Origin: Acidobacteriota bacterium
GTDB taxonomy: Bacteria; Acidobacteriota; UBA6911; RPQK01; JAJDTT01
Length of the DNA: 64,000 nucleotides
Assembly: GCA_965209055.1 (NCBI GenBank)
Contig: OZ242374.1
Location: 416,001-480,000, forward strand
Reading direction: 5' to 3'
Positions 7,706 through 15,926 of the stretch are shown one piece after another (positions within the stretch are counted from its first letter, which is position 1; the number at the start of each line of letters is the position of its first letter). Made by a program: the position numbers and the translations under genes. A model generated the notes under the pieces. The model ran no database searches, was not told where the DNA came from, and saw only the letters and a program-made list of their open reading frames with translations.

Positions 7706-10700
7706 GCCAGCCCCACCGTCTCGCCGAGGGCGGGCGGGTCGACCGGAACCGGCCTCTGAAGTTCACCTTCAACGGGCGCGTCTACGCCGCGTTTCTGGGA
7801 GACACGCTGGCCTCCGGGCTGCTGGCCAACGGCGTCCACCTGGTGGCGCGGAGCCTGAAGTACCACCGTCCCCGGGGCATCGTGGCCGCGGGCGTGGAGG
7901 AGTCCAACGCGCTGGTCCAGGTGGGAGAGGGGGCACGTTCTCTGCCCAACCTGGTGGCCACGCAGGTGGAGCTCTACGACGGTCTCTCGGCCCGGAGCGT
8001 CAACGTCTTTCCCAGTGTCGAGTTCGACCTGCGGGCCGTCAACGGTTGGTTCGCGCGCCTGATGCCGCCCGGCTTCTACTACAAGACCTTCATGTGGCCT
8101 GCGGGGTCGTGGCGGCAGTACGAGCATCAGATCCGCAAGGCCGCCGGTTTCGGGGTGGTCCCCACCGGCGCCGATCCCGACGACTACGACCACATGAACG
8201 CCCACTGCGACGTCCTGGTGGCGGGAGCGGGCCCGGCCGGCCTGGCCGCGGCCCTGGAGGCGGGACGCAGCGGCGCCCGCGTGATCCTCATGGACGAACG
8301 GACCGAACCGGGAGGCGCTCTGCTCGGAGGCGGCGGCCGGATCGAAGGGTTTCCCGCCGGGCGTTGGGTCGACCGAATGGTGGAAGAACTGGCTTCCCTT
8401 CCGGACGTCCGGATCCTGGCCCGGACCACCGTGGCGGGCTACTACGAGCACAACTTCCTGCTGGCCCTGGAGCGCCGGACGGATCATCTGACCCCGGAAT
8501 CGGCCCGCGGCCCGCGTCAGCGTCTCTGGCGCATCCGCGCCAAGCAGGTGGTCCTGGCCACGGGCGCCATCGAGCGGCCCCTGGTCTTCTGCAACAACGA
8601 CCGGCCCGGCGTCATGCTGGCCTCCGGGATTTCGGAATACATCCAACGCTATGCGGTCCTTCCCGGATCCCGGGCCGTGGTCTTCACCAACAACGACGGC
8701 GCCTACCGGACGGCATTCGACCTGCTGGACGCGGGCGCACAGGTGGAGGCCATCGTGGATTCCCGGCCGGCCGGCCAGCGGAGCGCCGAGGCGCGGGAAC
8801 GGGGCCTCCAGGTCATGAATCGGCACGCCGTCGTCGACGTCCGGGGGGCGAAGAGAATACGGGGCGTCCGGCTCATGGCGCTGAGCGCCGACGGCAGGTC
8901 CGTTGAAGGAAGAGGGCACAGTCTGGCGTGCGACCTGCTGGCCGTATCCGGCGGCTGGAGTCCCACCGTGCAGCTCAACGCCCAATCCGGCGCCCGGCCC
9001 GTTTACGACGCCGGGAAAGCCTGCTTCGTTCCCGGCCCTTCGATCCAGGCGGAGCGGTCGGCAGGGGCCTGCCGGGGGAGTTTCGAGCTTCAGACCTGCC
9101 TCACGGAGGGGTTCCGGGCGGGTGCGGCGGCGGCCCGCGCGGCGGGCCACGGAGACGGCCATCCCACGCGGCCGATCCCACGAGTGGAGGTCAGGGCGGG
9201 AGATCCGATCCAGCCGCTCTGGATCGTCCCGGCCGGTAAACCAGTCTCACGGGCGCCCAAGCAGTTCGTGGATCCCCTCATGGATGTCACCGCCGCCGAC
9301 ATCCTGACCGCGGTGAGGGAGGGTTACGACTCCATCGAGTATGTCAAACGGTACACCAACCTGGGGATGGGACCCGACCAGGGGCGCCTGGGCAACGTCA
9401 ACGGCATCGCCATCCTGGCGGAGCAGCACGGGACCGACCCCGGCTCCATCGGCACCACCACCTTTCGGCCCACGTACACGCCGGTCACCTTTGCGGCCCT
9501 CTCGGGAGGCGAGCAGAGGGAACTCTTCGATCCGGTGCGCAAGACGGCCATTCACGAGTGGCACGTCGAGCAAGGAGCCCTGTTCGAGAACGTGGGCCAA
9601 TGGAAACGGGCCTGGTACTTTCCCCGGCCGGGCGAGTCGCTCCACGAAGCAGTGAACCGGGAGTGCCTGGCGGTGCGGCGCAGCGCCGGAGTCCTGGACG
9701 CCTCGACGTTGGGGAAGATCGACATCCGGGGGCCCGACGCCAACGTCTTTCTGAACCGGGTCTACACCAATCCCTTCATGAAGGTCCCCATGGGCCGCTG
9801 CCGCTACGGCCTCATGCTGGACGAGAACGGCATGTTGATGGACGATGGGGTGACCGCCCGGCTGGGCGAAAACCACTACCTCATGCACACCACCACGGGC
9901 GGCGCGGCTCACGTCATGTCCTGGCTGGAACTCTGGCTCCAGACCGAATGGCCCGAGTTGAGGGTCTACATGACGTCGGTGACCGACCATTGGGCGACGG
10001 TCTCCCTCTGCGGACCCGACAGCCGCCGCGTCCTCCGGAAGCTCTGTTCCGACGTGGACCTGAGCCGGGAATCCTTCCCCTTCATGTCCGTCCGGGAAGG
10101 CACGGTTGCCGGAGTGCCGGCGCGGATCTTCCGCATCAGCTTCACGGGAGAGCTGACCTACGAGATCAACGTCAACGCCAACTTCGGCCGCCACGTCTGG
10201 GAGGCGGTATTCGACGCGGGGGAGGAGTACGGGATCACGCCCTTCGGCACCGAGGCGATGCATGTCCTCCGGGCCGAGAAGGGATACGTCATCGTGGGCC
10301 AGGACACGGACGGCTCCGTCACCCCCGTGGACCTGGGCATGGGGCGCATGCTGGGCCAGAACAAGGACTTCCTGGGGAAGCGGTCCCTTTTCCGGTCCTA
10401 TCTGGTCCGGAAGGACCGAAAGCAGTTCGTGGGGCTGCTGACCGAGGACGCGGCGGAAGTCCTGCCCGAGGGGGGACAGATCGTGGACGATCCGTCGGCG
10501 CCCCTGCCGAGGCCCATGCTGGGCCACGTGACCTCCTCCTACTACAGCGCCGCCCTGGAGCGCTCCATCGCGCTCGGACTGGTCAAGGGGGGACACGGGC
10601 GCATGGGCGAGACCGTCCACGTCCAGAACTTCGACGGCAGGAGCATCGCCGCCAGGATCGCCGATCCGGTCTTTTACGATCCGCAGGGAGAGAGACAGAA

Positions 10701-10707
10701 TGTCTGA
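7702..10707 (+). CDS. soxA: Sarcosine oxidase subunit alpha
   Basis: ATG 7702 overlaps the soxD stop (ATGA). RSLKYHRPRG, GAGPAGL FAD/NAD fold, KRYT..GMG.DQG, GcvT-like C-terminus ending FYDPQG. Confidence 0.96.
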   Translation: MSQPHRLAEGGRVDRNRPLKFTFNGRVYAAFLGDTLASGLLANGVHLVARSLKYHRPRGIVAAGVEESNALVQVGEGARSLPNLVATQVELYDGLSARSVNVFPSVEFDLRAVNGWFARLMPPGFYYKTFMWPAGSWRQYEHQIRKAAGFGVVPTGADPDDYDHMNAHCDVLVAGAGPAGLAAALEAGRSGARVILMDERTEPGGALLGGGGRIEGFPAGRWVDRMVEELASLPDVRILARTTVAGYYEHNFLLALERRTDHLTPESARGPRQRLWRIRAKQVVLATGAIERPLVFCNNDRPGVMLASGISEYIQRYAVLPGSRAVVFTNNDGAYRTAFDLLDAGAQVEAIVDSRPAGQRSAEARERGLQVMNRHAVVDVRGAKRIRGVRLMALSADGRSVEGRGHSLACDLLAVSGGWSPTVQLNAQSGARPVYDAGKACFVPGPSIQAERSAGACRGSFELQTCLTEGFRAGAAAARAAGHGDGHPTRPIPRVEVRAGDPIQPLWIVPAGKPVSRAPKQFVDPLMDVTAADILTAVREGYDSIEYVKRYTNLGMGPDQGRLGNVNGIAILAEQHGTDPGSIGTTTFRPTYTPVTFAALSGGEQRELFDPVRKTAIHEWHVEQGALFENVGQWKRAWYFPRPGESLHEAVNRECLAVRRSAGVLDASTLGKIDIRGPDANVFLNRVYTNPFMKVPMGRCRYGLMLDENGMLMDDGVTARLGENHYLMHTTTGGAAHVMSWLELWLQTEWPELRVYMTSVTDHWATVSLCGPDSRRVLRKLCSDVDLSRESFPFMSVREGTVAGVPARIFRISFTGELTYEINVNANFGRHVWEAVFDAGEEYGITPFGTEAMHVLRAEKGYVIVGQDTDGSVTPVDLGMGRMLGQNKDFLGKRSLFRSYLVRKDRKQFVGLLTEDAAEVLPEGGQIVDDPSAPLPRPMLGHVTSSYYSAALERSIALGLVKGGHGRMGETVHVQNFDGRSIAARIADPVFYDPQGERQNV

Positions 10708-11311
10708 TCCCAGGCAAGAGTCCCCCCTGGCCGGATTCCATTCCCACCAGACTTCGGCAGACACCGGAACTCCCGGCGTCATACTCACTGAACGGTCCTT
10801 CCTGGGCTACGTGAATCTGCGCGGTGATGCGGGGGATACCATCTTCTTGGCTGCGGTGGAAGGAACTCTGGGTACGGCGCTTCCGCTGGATCCGAACACC
10901 AAAGCCGAAGGCGAGGACCTCATCGTCTGTTGGATGGGCCCCGACGAGTGGCTGATCATTCTCCGTCCCGGCGAGCAGGCCCAGTGCGTGGCCGCCCTGA
11001 GGCAGGCGTTGGGAGAGCGCCACGCCTCCGCCGTCGACACCACCGGCGGCTACACCCTGGTCAACATCGCGGGCGCGCGGAGGCGGGAACTCCTGGCCAA
11101 GGGGTGCACTCTGGACCTGCATCCCAGGAGCTTTTCTTCCGGCCAGTGCGCCCAGACCAATCTGGGCAAGGCCGGAGTCCTGTTGATTCCCAGGGGCGAT
11201 GCCTCCGACGCCCGATCCTTCGACGTGATCGTCCGGCGCAGCTTCGCCGACTATCTGGGCATCTGGCTCGAACACTCGGGCCGGGAATACGGACTCCGGA
11301 TCATCGCGTAG
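10700..11311 (+). CDS. soxG: Sarcosine oxidase subunit gamma
   Basis: WMGPDEWL, LAKGCTLDLHP, VRRSFADY. Overlaps the soxA end. Confidence 0.93.
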   Translation: MSDPRQESPLAGFHSHQTSADTGTPGVILTERSFLGYVNLRGDAGDTIFLAAVEGTLGTALPLDPNTKAEGEDLIVCWMGPDEWLIILRPGEQAQCVAALRQALGERHASAVDTTGGYTLVNIAGARRRELLAKGCTLDLHPRSFSSGQCAQTNLGKAGVLLIPRGDASDARSFDVIVRRSFADYLGIWLEHSGREYGLRIIA

Positions 11312-11313
11312 CC

Positions 11314-11340
11314 GGGGCGGCGGTTTCCAACCGCCGATTC
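11314..11340. repeat. REP-like palindrome between convergent genes
   Basis: GGGGCGGCGGTTTCCAACCGCCG. Same family as 14600, 15900, 30890, 35701, 37003 and 54148. Confidence 0.8.
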
Positions 11341-11352
11341 TTCGCCCGCCGC

Positions 11353-12189
11353 CTACAGTTCCGGAAACCACAAACGGCGCGCCGTTTCTCCCAGGATCTG
11401 CCGGCGATCCTCCTCCTTCAGCGGCAGCACCTCCCGAAAAACACGCAGATGCTCCGCGTAGCTCATCTTGGGCGTCCAGAGCCGATTCGGGTAGTTGCTT
11501 CCCCAGACGCAGCGCTCGGCCCCGTAGGCGCCGATGATCTTGAGCGCCGCCTCGTGGAGATCGTCTCCCGGAAAACCCGTTTCGGTCCCGGTGCTGATGA
11601 AGTCCACCTTGGCGATCAGATTGGGAAACCGGGCCAGCCGCAGGACGGCGTCCAGCTTCTTCCGGTACTCCTCCTCGCCCGGCTTCAGGTCCAGACAGTG
11701 GCAGAAGGCCACGGTGAGGTGGGGGAACTCCCGCAGCAGCCTCTCGGCGCCCTCCACCCATTCCAATTGCATGAGGAAGATATCGACGGTGATCCCCAAC
11801 TCATGGGCGGACTGCCAGAGGCGGCGCACCGCCGGGTGGTCGAACCGGGTCCGGGATTCGGCGGGGATGCTGCGCAGCGACTTGACCCCGTGATTCTGCA
11901 CCAGCCGCCAGAGGATCTCGGGACTCCGCGGATCGTCGGGGTCCAGCGTGCACACCCCGCTGACCCGGCCGGGGTTCGCGCGGCTGACGTCGGCGAGATA
12001 CCGGTTGTCGTATCCGTAGAAGGAGACGGTCTGAATGGCCCGGACCGCCGCCACGCCGTTGGCGTGCATCACGGCCCGCAGATTCTGGATGGAGCCGCCG
12101 CCCCCCGGAACCCGCAACGGCCGGGCCACCGGCGGGTAGCGCGATTCATCCGGCGAGTAGATGTGGGCGTGGCAGTCGATGATGAGCAT
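11353..12189 (-). CDS. Amidohydrolase 2 family protein
   Basis: IDCHAH, YGYDNRYL, WGSNYP metal-binding motifs. Confidence 0.88.
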   Translation of the reverse strand: MLIIDCHAHIYSPDESRYPPVARPLRVPGGGGSIQNLRAVMHANGVAAVRAIQTVSFYGYDNRYLADVSRANPGRVSGVCTLDPDDPRSPEILWRLVQNHGVKSLRSIPAESRTRFDHPAVRRLWQSAHELGITVDIFLMQLEWVEGAERLLREFPHLTVAFCHCLDLKPGEEEYRKKLDAVLRLARFPNLIAKVDFISTGTETGFPGDDLHEAALKIIGAYGAERCVWGSNYPNRLWTPKMSYAEHLRVFREVLPLKEEDRRQILGETARRLWFPEL

Positions 12190-12195
12190 GGCGGG

Positions 12196-13545
12196 TCACG
12201 GAATGGTGGAGAAGAAGACCTGGTTGGACAGCAGGTCCGTATTCTTAGCTCCGGGGCCGCCTCCGGTGTAGAGAAGCCCCGGTTTTTTCGGAACCCGGTT
12301 GTGTCCGGTGGCCCGCTCGATGTTGGGCAGCCAGTGCGCCCGGTTCCCATCGGGCCGGCTCGCCAGGAAGAAGGTGAAGCTCCGTCCTCCATCCCGGGAA
12401 CGAAAGGCCGCGACTTCGTTTCCGGGGCCTCCCCAGGTCGAGGCGCCGTCGACAGGGGGCTCGATCTGGGCCGACACGAACGTCTCGCCGGGAGTGAAGG
12501 TGACGCCGGCCGGCGCCAACAGAAGCCGGCCCCGGAATTCCACGGGCAGGAACCGGCTCAGATCCGTTCGGACCCAGCTTCCGTCCCCGTTGGGCCGAGC
12601 CAGGATGAGTCCTGACCGGCCCCCCTCCTCAGTGCTGTAGACGACTCCGGGCCGCCCGTCGGCATCCACGGACAGCGCCCCCGCCCGGACAAGCCGGTTG
12701 CGGTCCACTCCGCCGCGGGCCAGGACCTCGGCGGAATCGGGCGTCGCCGGAAGGGAGACCGGAGTTCCGTCACTCCGGGTCCAGGTCCGGCCCGCATCGG
12801 GACTCACCAGGTAGGCTACCGTCTGCAGACGGCCGTACGCCTGGCTGTCGGATCGTTCGTGGAACCGGCAGGATAGATGGAGCGTCCGGTGATCGGGACC
12901 CCAGGCGAGAGATTCCTGGAAGTGGGAATAGCCTGGATGGCGTGACCTCAGCAGGGCGCGCCGGCGCTGCCACCGGGCGCCCGGCGGCCGCTCCCACAAC
13001 TCCACCTCCCAGGGACGGTCCGCAAAACTGCGCCGGGCGCTGAGTACCAACGTGTCATCCGCCCCGCAGACCAGGGTCGGATAGGTCAGGCGCTCGCCGA
13101 ATCGGAGCTCGTCTTCCCATTCGGATGCATCCCCCGGCCGGCGCGATCGGCGGTAGCACATGGGATGGTGGTGCGGAAAATAGGCGATGTGAAGGTAGCC
13201 CGCGCTGTCCACGGTCAGCGCAGGTCCTCCGTGGTTGTCATAGGCATCGCCGACGGTGACCGTTGGAGACCATTCGCCGGTGTGCCGGTCGCGGCTTCGG
13301 ACCCGGACCCGGAACCCTTCCGGGGGAGAATCCAACCAGGCCACGTGGGTCCGCCGGCGCCAGGTGACGATCTTGTTGGACTCGGCATACCCTGTGGCCC
13401 GGCCGCATCCGTGACGGGAAAGAAGAACGGAACGGCCAGGATCCGCCGCCGCGGCAACGCGCCCGGAACCCCGTCCCCAACCCAGGCCGGCTGCGGCTCC
13501 CAGCCGGCCCAGGGCTTCCCTCCTCGACAGTCTTATTCCATCCAT
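12196..13545 (-). CDS. BNR/Asp-box repeat beta-propeller protein, Tat-exported
   Basis: SRREAL twin-arginine signal. DNHGGPAL..D..GYLH. Asp boxes SPDAGRTW and SRDGGRSF. Confidence 0.8.
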   Translation of the reverse strand: MDGIRLSRREALGRLGAAAGLGWGRGSGRVAAAADPGRSVLLSRHGCGRATGYAESNKIVTWRRRTHVAWLDSPPEGFRVRVRSRDRHTGEWSPTVTVGDAYDNHGGPALTVDSAGYLHIAYFPHHHPMCYRRSRRPGDASEWEDELRFGERLTYPTLVCGADDTLVLSARRSFADRPWEVELWERPPGARWQRRRALLRSRHPGYSHFQESLAWGPDHRTLHLSCRFHERSDSQAYGRLQTVAYLVSPDAGRTWTRSDGTPVSLPATPDSAEVLARGGVDRNRLVRAGALSVDADGRPGVVYSTEEGGRSGLILARPNGDGSWVRTDLSRFLPVEFRGRLLLAPAGVTFTPGETFVSAQIEPPVDGASTWGGPGNEVAAFRSRDGGRSFTFFLASRPDGNRAHWLPNIERATGHNRVPKKPGLLYTGGGPGAKNTDLLSNQVFFSTIP

Positions 13546-13692
13546 CTCGGTTCCGGCCCCGGTCCGGGTTTTTCACCCTTTCGCTGAGTGTATTATGTAA
13601 TGAGTGTCTCCCACAGGCACCTGCACACGTCATCTCGGAATCATTCGGACGCGCCTCCGTTCCGGAAACGAGAGGAGAAAGAAAGCCTTGTC

Positions 13693-13818
13693 ATGAATCG
13701 AAACATAATGGACCGATTGGCCGCGGGACCCGTCCTCGGCGACGGCGGCTACATCATCGAGTTGGAACGCCGGGGATACGGAACGGCTGGAGCCTTCACG
13801 CCTGAGGGATCATCATGA
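13693..13818 (+). pseudogene. N-terminal stub of a homocysteine S-methyltransferase (BHMT-like)
   Basis: MNRNIMDRLAAGPVLGDGGYIIELERRGYGTAGAFTPE matches the BHMT N-terminal pattern (GDGG..LE.RGY..AG..TPE) but stops after 41 codons. Confidence 0.75.
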
Positions 13819-14555
13819 AGACGATAGCCATACTGACCCTGTTCGCCCTCACACTGGTGCTTCCGGCGCAGAAAGCGTTCGAGGTCTACCAGGCCGCCGA
13901 CCGGCCCCGCGCATTGGCGCTGATCGGCGACCGGTACCATAGTCCGGTCTACATCCGGGATCACCTGGCCAAGGCCCTGGTTCGGGAAAACATCCCGGTG
14001 ACCTTTATCGAGAACGTCGAAGCCCTGACCTCTGAAGCGCTGGCGGAACATGATCTGCTCATCATCCTCCGCGACGGCATGAACTGGCCGGAAGGGTTCG
14101 ACAAGCCGCACGTCAAGTGGATGACGGATACGCAGCAGCAGGCCATCTGGGATTTCGTGCACGGCGGCGGCGGTTTCCTGGCGCTGCACAACTCTCAAGG
14201 CCTGTACCCGCCGGACGGCCCCTACTACGAGCTCTTCGGAGGAGACTACGGCGGCCATCCCGAGCCCTATGTCTTCACCATTCGAGTCGAAGACCGGGAT
14301 CATCCCGTGACCTCGGGCGTGGAGGATTTTGAGATCTTCGACGAGCAGCATACGGTGAAATACTATCTCGGCCGCGAACACCTCCTGCTGCGTTCCATGG
14401 CGCGGGACAACCTTTCTGCCCCTGCAGGATGGTGGCGCGAGATGGGAAAGGGAAGATTCTGCTATCTGGCTCCGGGGCACACGCCTGAGGCGCTGGGCCA
14501 CCCCATGATGCAGCGGCTCATGCGCAACGCGGCGAGGTGGTTGGTCCGCCTATAG
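13815..14555 (+). CDS. ThuA-like (class I glutamine amidotransferase-like) domain protein, signal peptide
   Basis: FVHGGGGFLALH, GG..GGHP, HPVT.GV..F...DEQH, GKGRF.Y..PGH. Confidence 0.85.
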   Translation: MKTIAILTLFALTLVLPAQKAFEVYQAADRPRALALIGDRYHSPVYIRDHLAKALVRENIPVTFIENVEALTSEALAEHDLLIILRDGMNWPEGFDKPHVKWMTDTQQQAIWDFVHGGGGFLALHNSQGLYPPDGPYYELFGGDYGGHPEPYVFTIRVEDRDHPVTSGVEDFEIFDEQHTVKYYLGREHLLLRSMARDNLSAPAGWWREMGKGRFCYLAPGHTPEALGHPMMQRLMRNAARWLVRL

Positions 14556-14658
14556 GAGTGGGGACAGTCTTGTCCCCACTCTTCAACATCGATTGGGATC
14601 CGGCGGTTGGAAACCGCCGCCCCAACCGGCGGCTGGGAAAGCGCCGCTCCAACCGGCG
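14553..14658. repeat. Composite BIME-like unit: GGGGAC...GTCCCC hairpin followed by two REP palindromes
   Basis: GAGTGGGGACA-GTCT-TGTCCCCACTC hairpin, then CGGCGGTTGGAAACCGCCG and CGGCGGCTGGGAAAGCGCCG. Confidence 0.75.
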
Positions 14659-14659
14659 C

Positions 14660-15631
14660 TTAGGAATCGCCGCTCCCTGCGGCGATGGCTTCCACTTCCT
14701 GCACCTGTTCCGGCGAGAGCGTCCAGCCGGCGGCCGCGGCGTTGGCTTCCAGTTGTTCGATGCTGGTGACCGCCACCAGGACCGTGCAGACGCAGGGCTT
14801 GTCCAGCAGCCAGGCGATGGCCAGTTCACCCAGCCGGCGGCCGTGATCCCGGGTCCAGGCAGCGAGCCGCTCGACAATCTCCAGACGCTCGCCGGTCATG
14901 TAGCGGGCCAGGACGGGGCTCGGATTCTTCCAGGCCCGGGTGCCGCGCGGAATCGGCGCGCCCCGGCGGTACTTGCCCGTCAGGACGCCTTGGGCCAGGG
15001 GGGAGTAGGCGGCGATGCTCAGCCCGTGGTGGAGGCAGGAGGGAAGGACCTCGGCTTCCAGCGACCGTTCGAAGAGGTTGTACGCCGATTGGCTGACCAG
15101 GAATGGTGCGTAACCCCGCCGCTCGGCAACGCCGCTCGCCGTGGCGATTTCCCAGCCCGCGTAGTTCGAGCAGCCGACGTAGCGCACCTTCCCTTGGCGA
15201 ACCAGGTCGTCGAAGGCGCGGAGCGTCTCTTCGATGGGCGTCTCAGGATCCGGCCGGTGCGCGTAGTAGAGGTCGACGTAGTCCGTATCCAGCCGGCGGA
15301 GCGTGCCTTCGATGCTGCTCATGATGTGGCCGCGCGAGAGCCCCGCATCGTTGGGGCCGTCCCCCACCGTCAGGCCCACCTTGCTGGCGATGACGAACCG
15401 GTCGCGCCGTCCGGCGACGGCCTTGCCGATGTAGGTTTCGGAGACGCCGCGCGAGTACATGTCGGCGGTGTCGATGTGGTTGATGCCCAGGTCGGCCGCC
15501 CGGTGGATGATGGCGGCCGTCTCCCTTTCGTCGCAGAAGTGGGTGAAGCTCTCATGCTGGCCGAAGACGTTGGTGCCCAGGCCGATGATGGAGATCTTGA
15601 GGCCGCTGTTTCCAAGCTGACGGTATTGCAT
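14660..15631 (-). CDS. Aldo/keto reductase
   Basis: YRQLGNSGLKIS, IDTADMY, ASK, LYYAH, GKVRYVGCSN, YSPLAQGVLTGKY. Confidence 0.93.
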   Translation of the reverse strand: MQYRQLGNSGLKISIIGLGTNVFGQHESFTHFCDERETAAIIHRAADLGINHIDTADMYSRGVSETYIGKAVAGRRDRFVIASKVGLTVGDGPNDAGLSRGHIMSSIEGTLRRLDTDYVDLYYAHRPDPETPIEETLRAFDDLVRQGKVRYVGCSNYAGWEIATASGVAERRGYAPFLVSQSAYNLFERSLEAEVLPSCLHHGLSIAAYSPLAQGVLTGKYRRGAPIPRGTRAWKNPSPVLARYMTGERLEIVERLAAWTRDHGRRLGELAIAWLLDKPCVCTVLVAVTSIEQLEANAAAAGWTLSPEQVQEVEAIAAGSGDS

Positions 15632-15679
15632 CGGGCTTTTCTCCTGTATGGATAGGGGCGTGCGGGGGAGAAAGCTGGG

Positions 15680-15890
15680 TCAGCCCAGTCCCGAAATCGG
15701 ATTCCCCTGTTCGTCGCCGATGGAGTTGGCGTTATTGACGGGCCGGCCGATGGAGTGCATGTCGGTCTTGGTCCAGTCGATTCCCAACGCCTTGTAGAGC
15801 GATGCGAACACGTCCCCCATGGTTGCCCTTCGCCCGGTCACGTAGGCGCCCCGGTCGTCGCTGGCGCCGATGATCTGGCCCCCTTCCCCA
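15680..15890 (-). pseudogene. Orphan C-terminal fragment of a DUF1501-type protein
   Basis: Minus strand reads GQIIGASDDRGAYVTGRRATMGDVFASLYKALGIDWTK...IGRP..ANSIGD.QG.PI.GLG*, resembling DUF1501 C-termini (compare GASDELG...TVLHLLGID in 54173-55624). No in-frame start for this segment; truncated next to a REP. Confidence 0.7.
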
Positions 15891-15899
15891 TCACGAGAT

Positions 15900-15922
15900 C
15901 GGCGGTTGGAAACCGCCGCTCC
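15900..15922. repeat. REP-like palindrome
   Basis: CGGCGGTTGGAAACCGCCGCTCC. Confidence 0.8.
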
Positions 15923-15926
15923 GCCC

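Noticed and set aside
13797-14490. 11 bp repeat CACGCCTGAGG at the BHMT stub end and inside the ThuA gene
   Set aside because: The second copy is within the coding H-T-P-E motif and does not bound an insertion. Likely chance.
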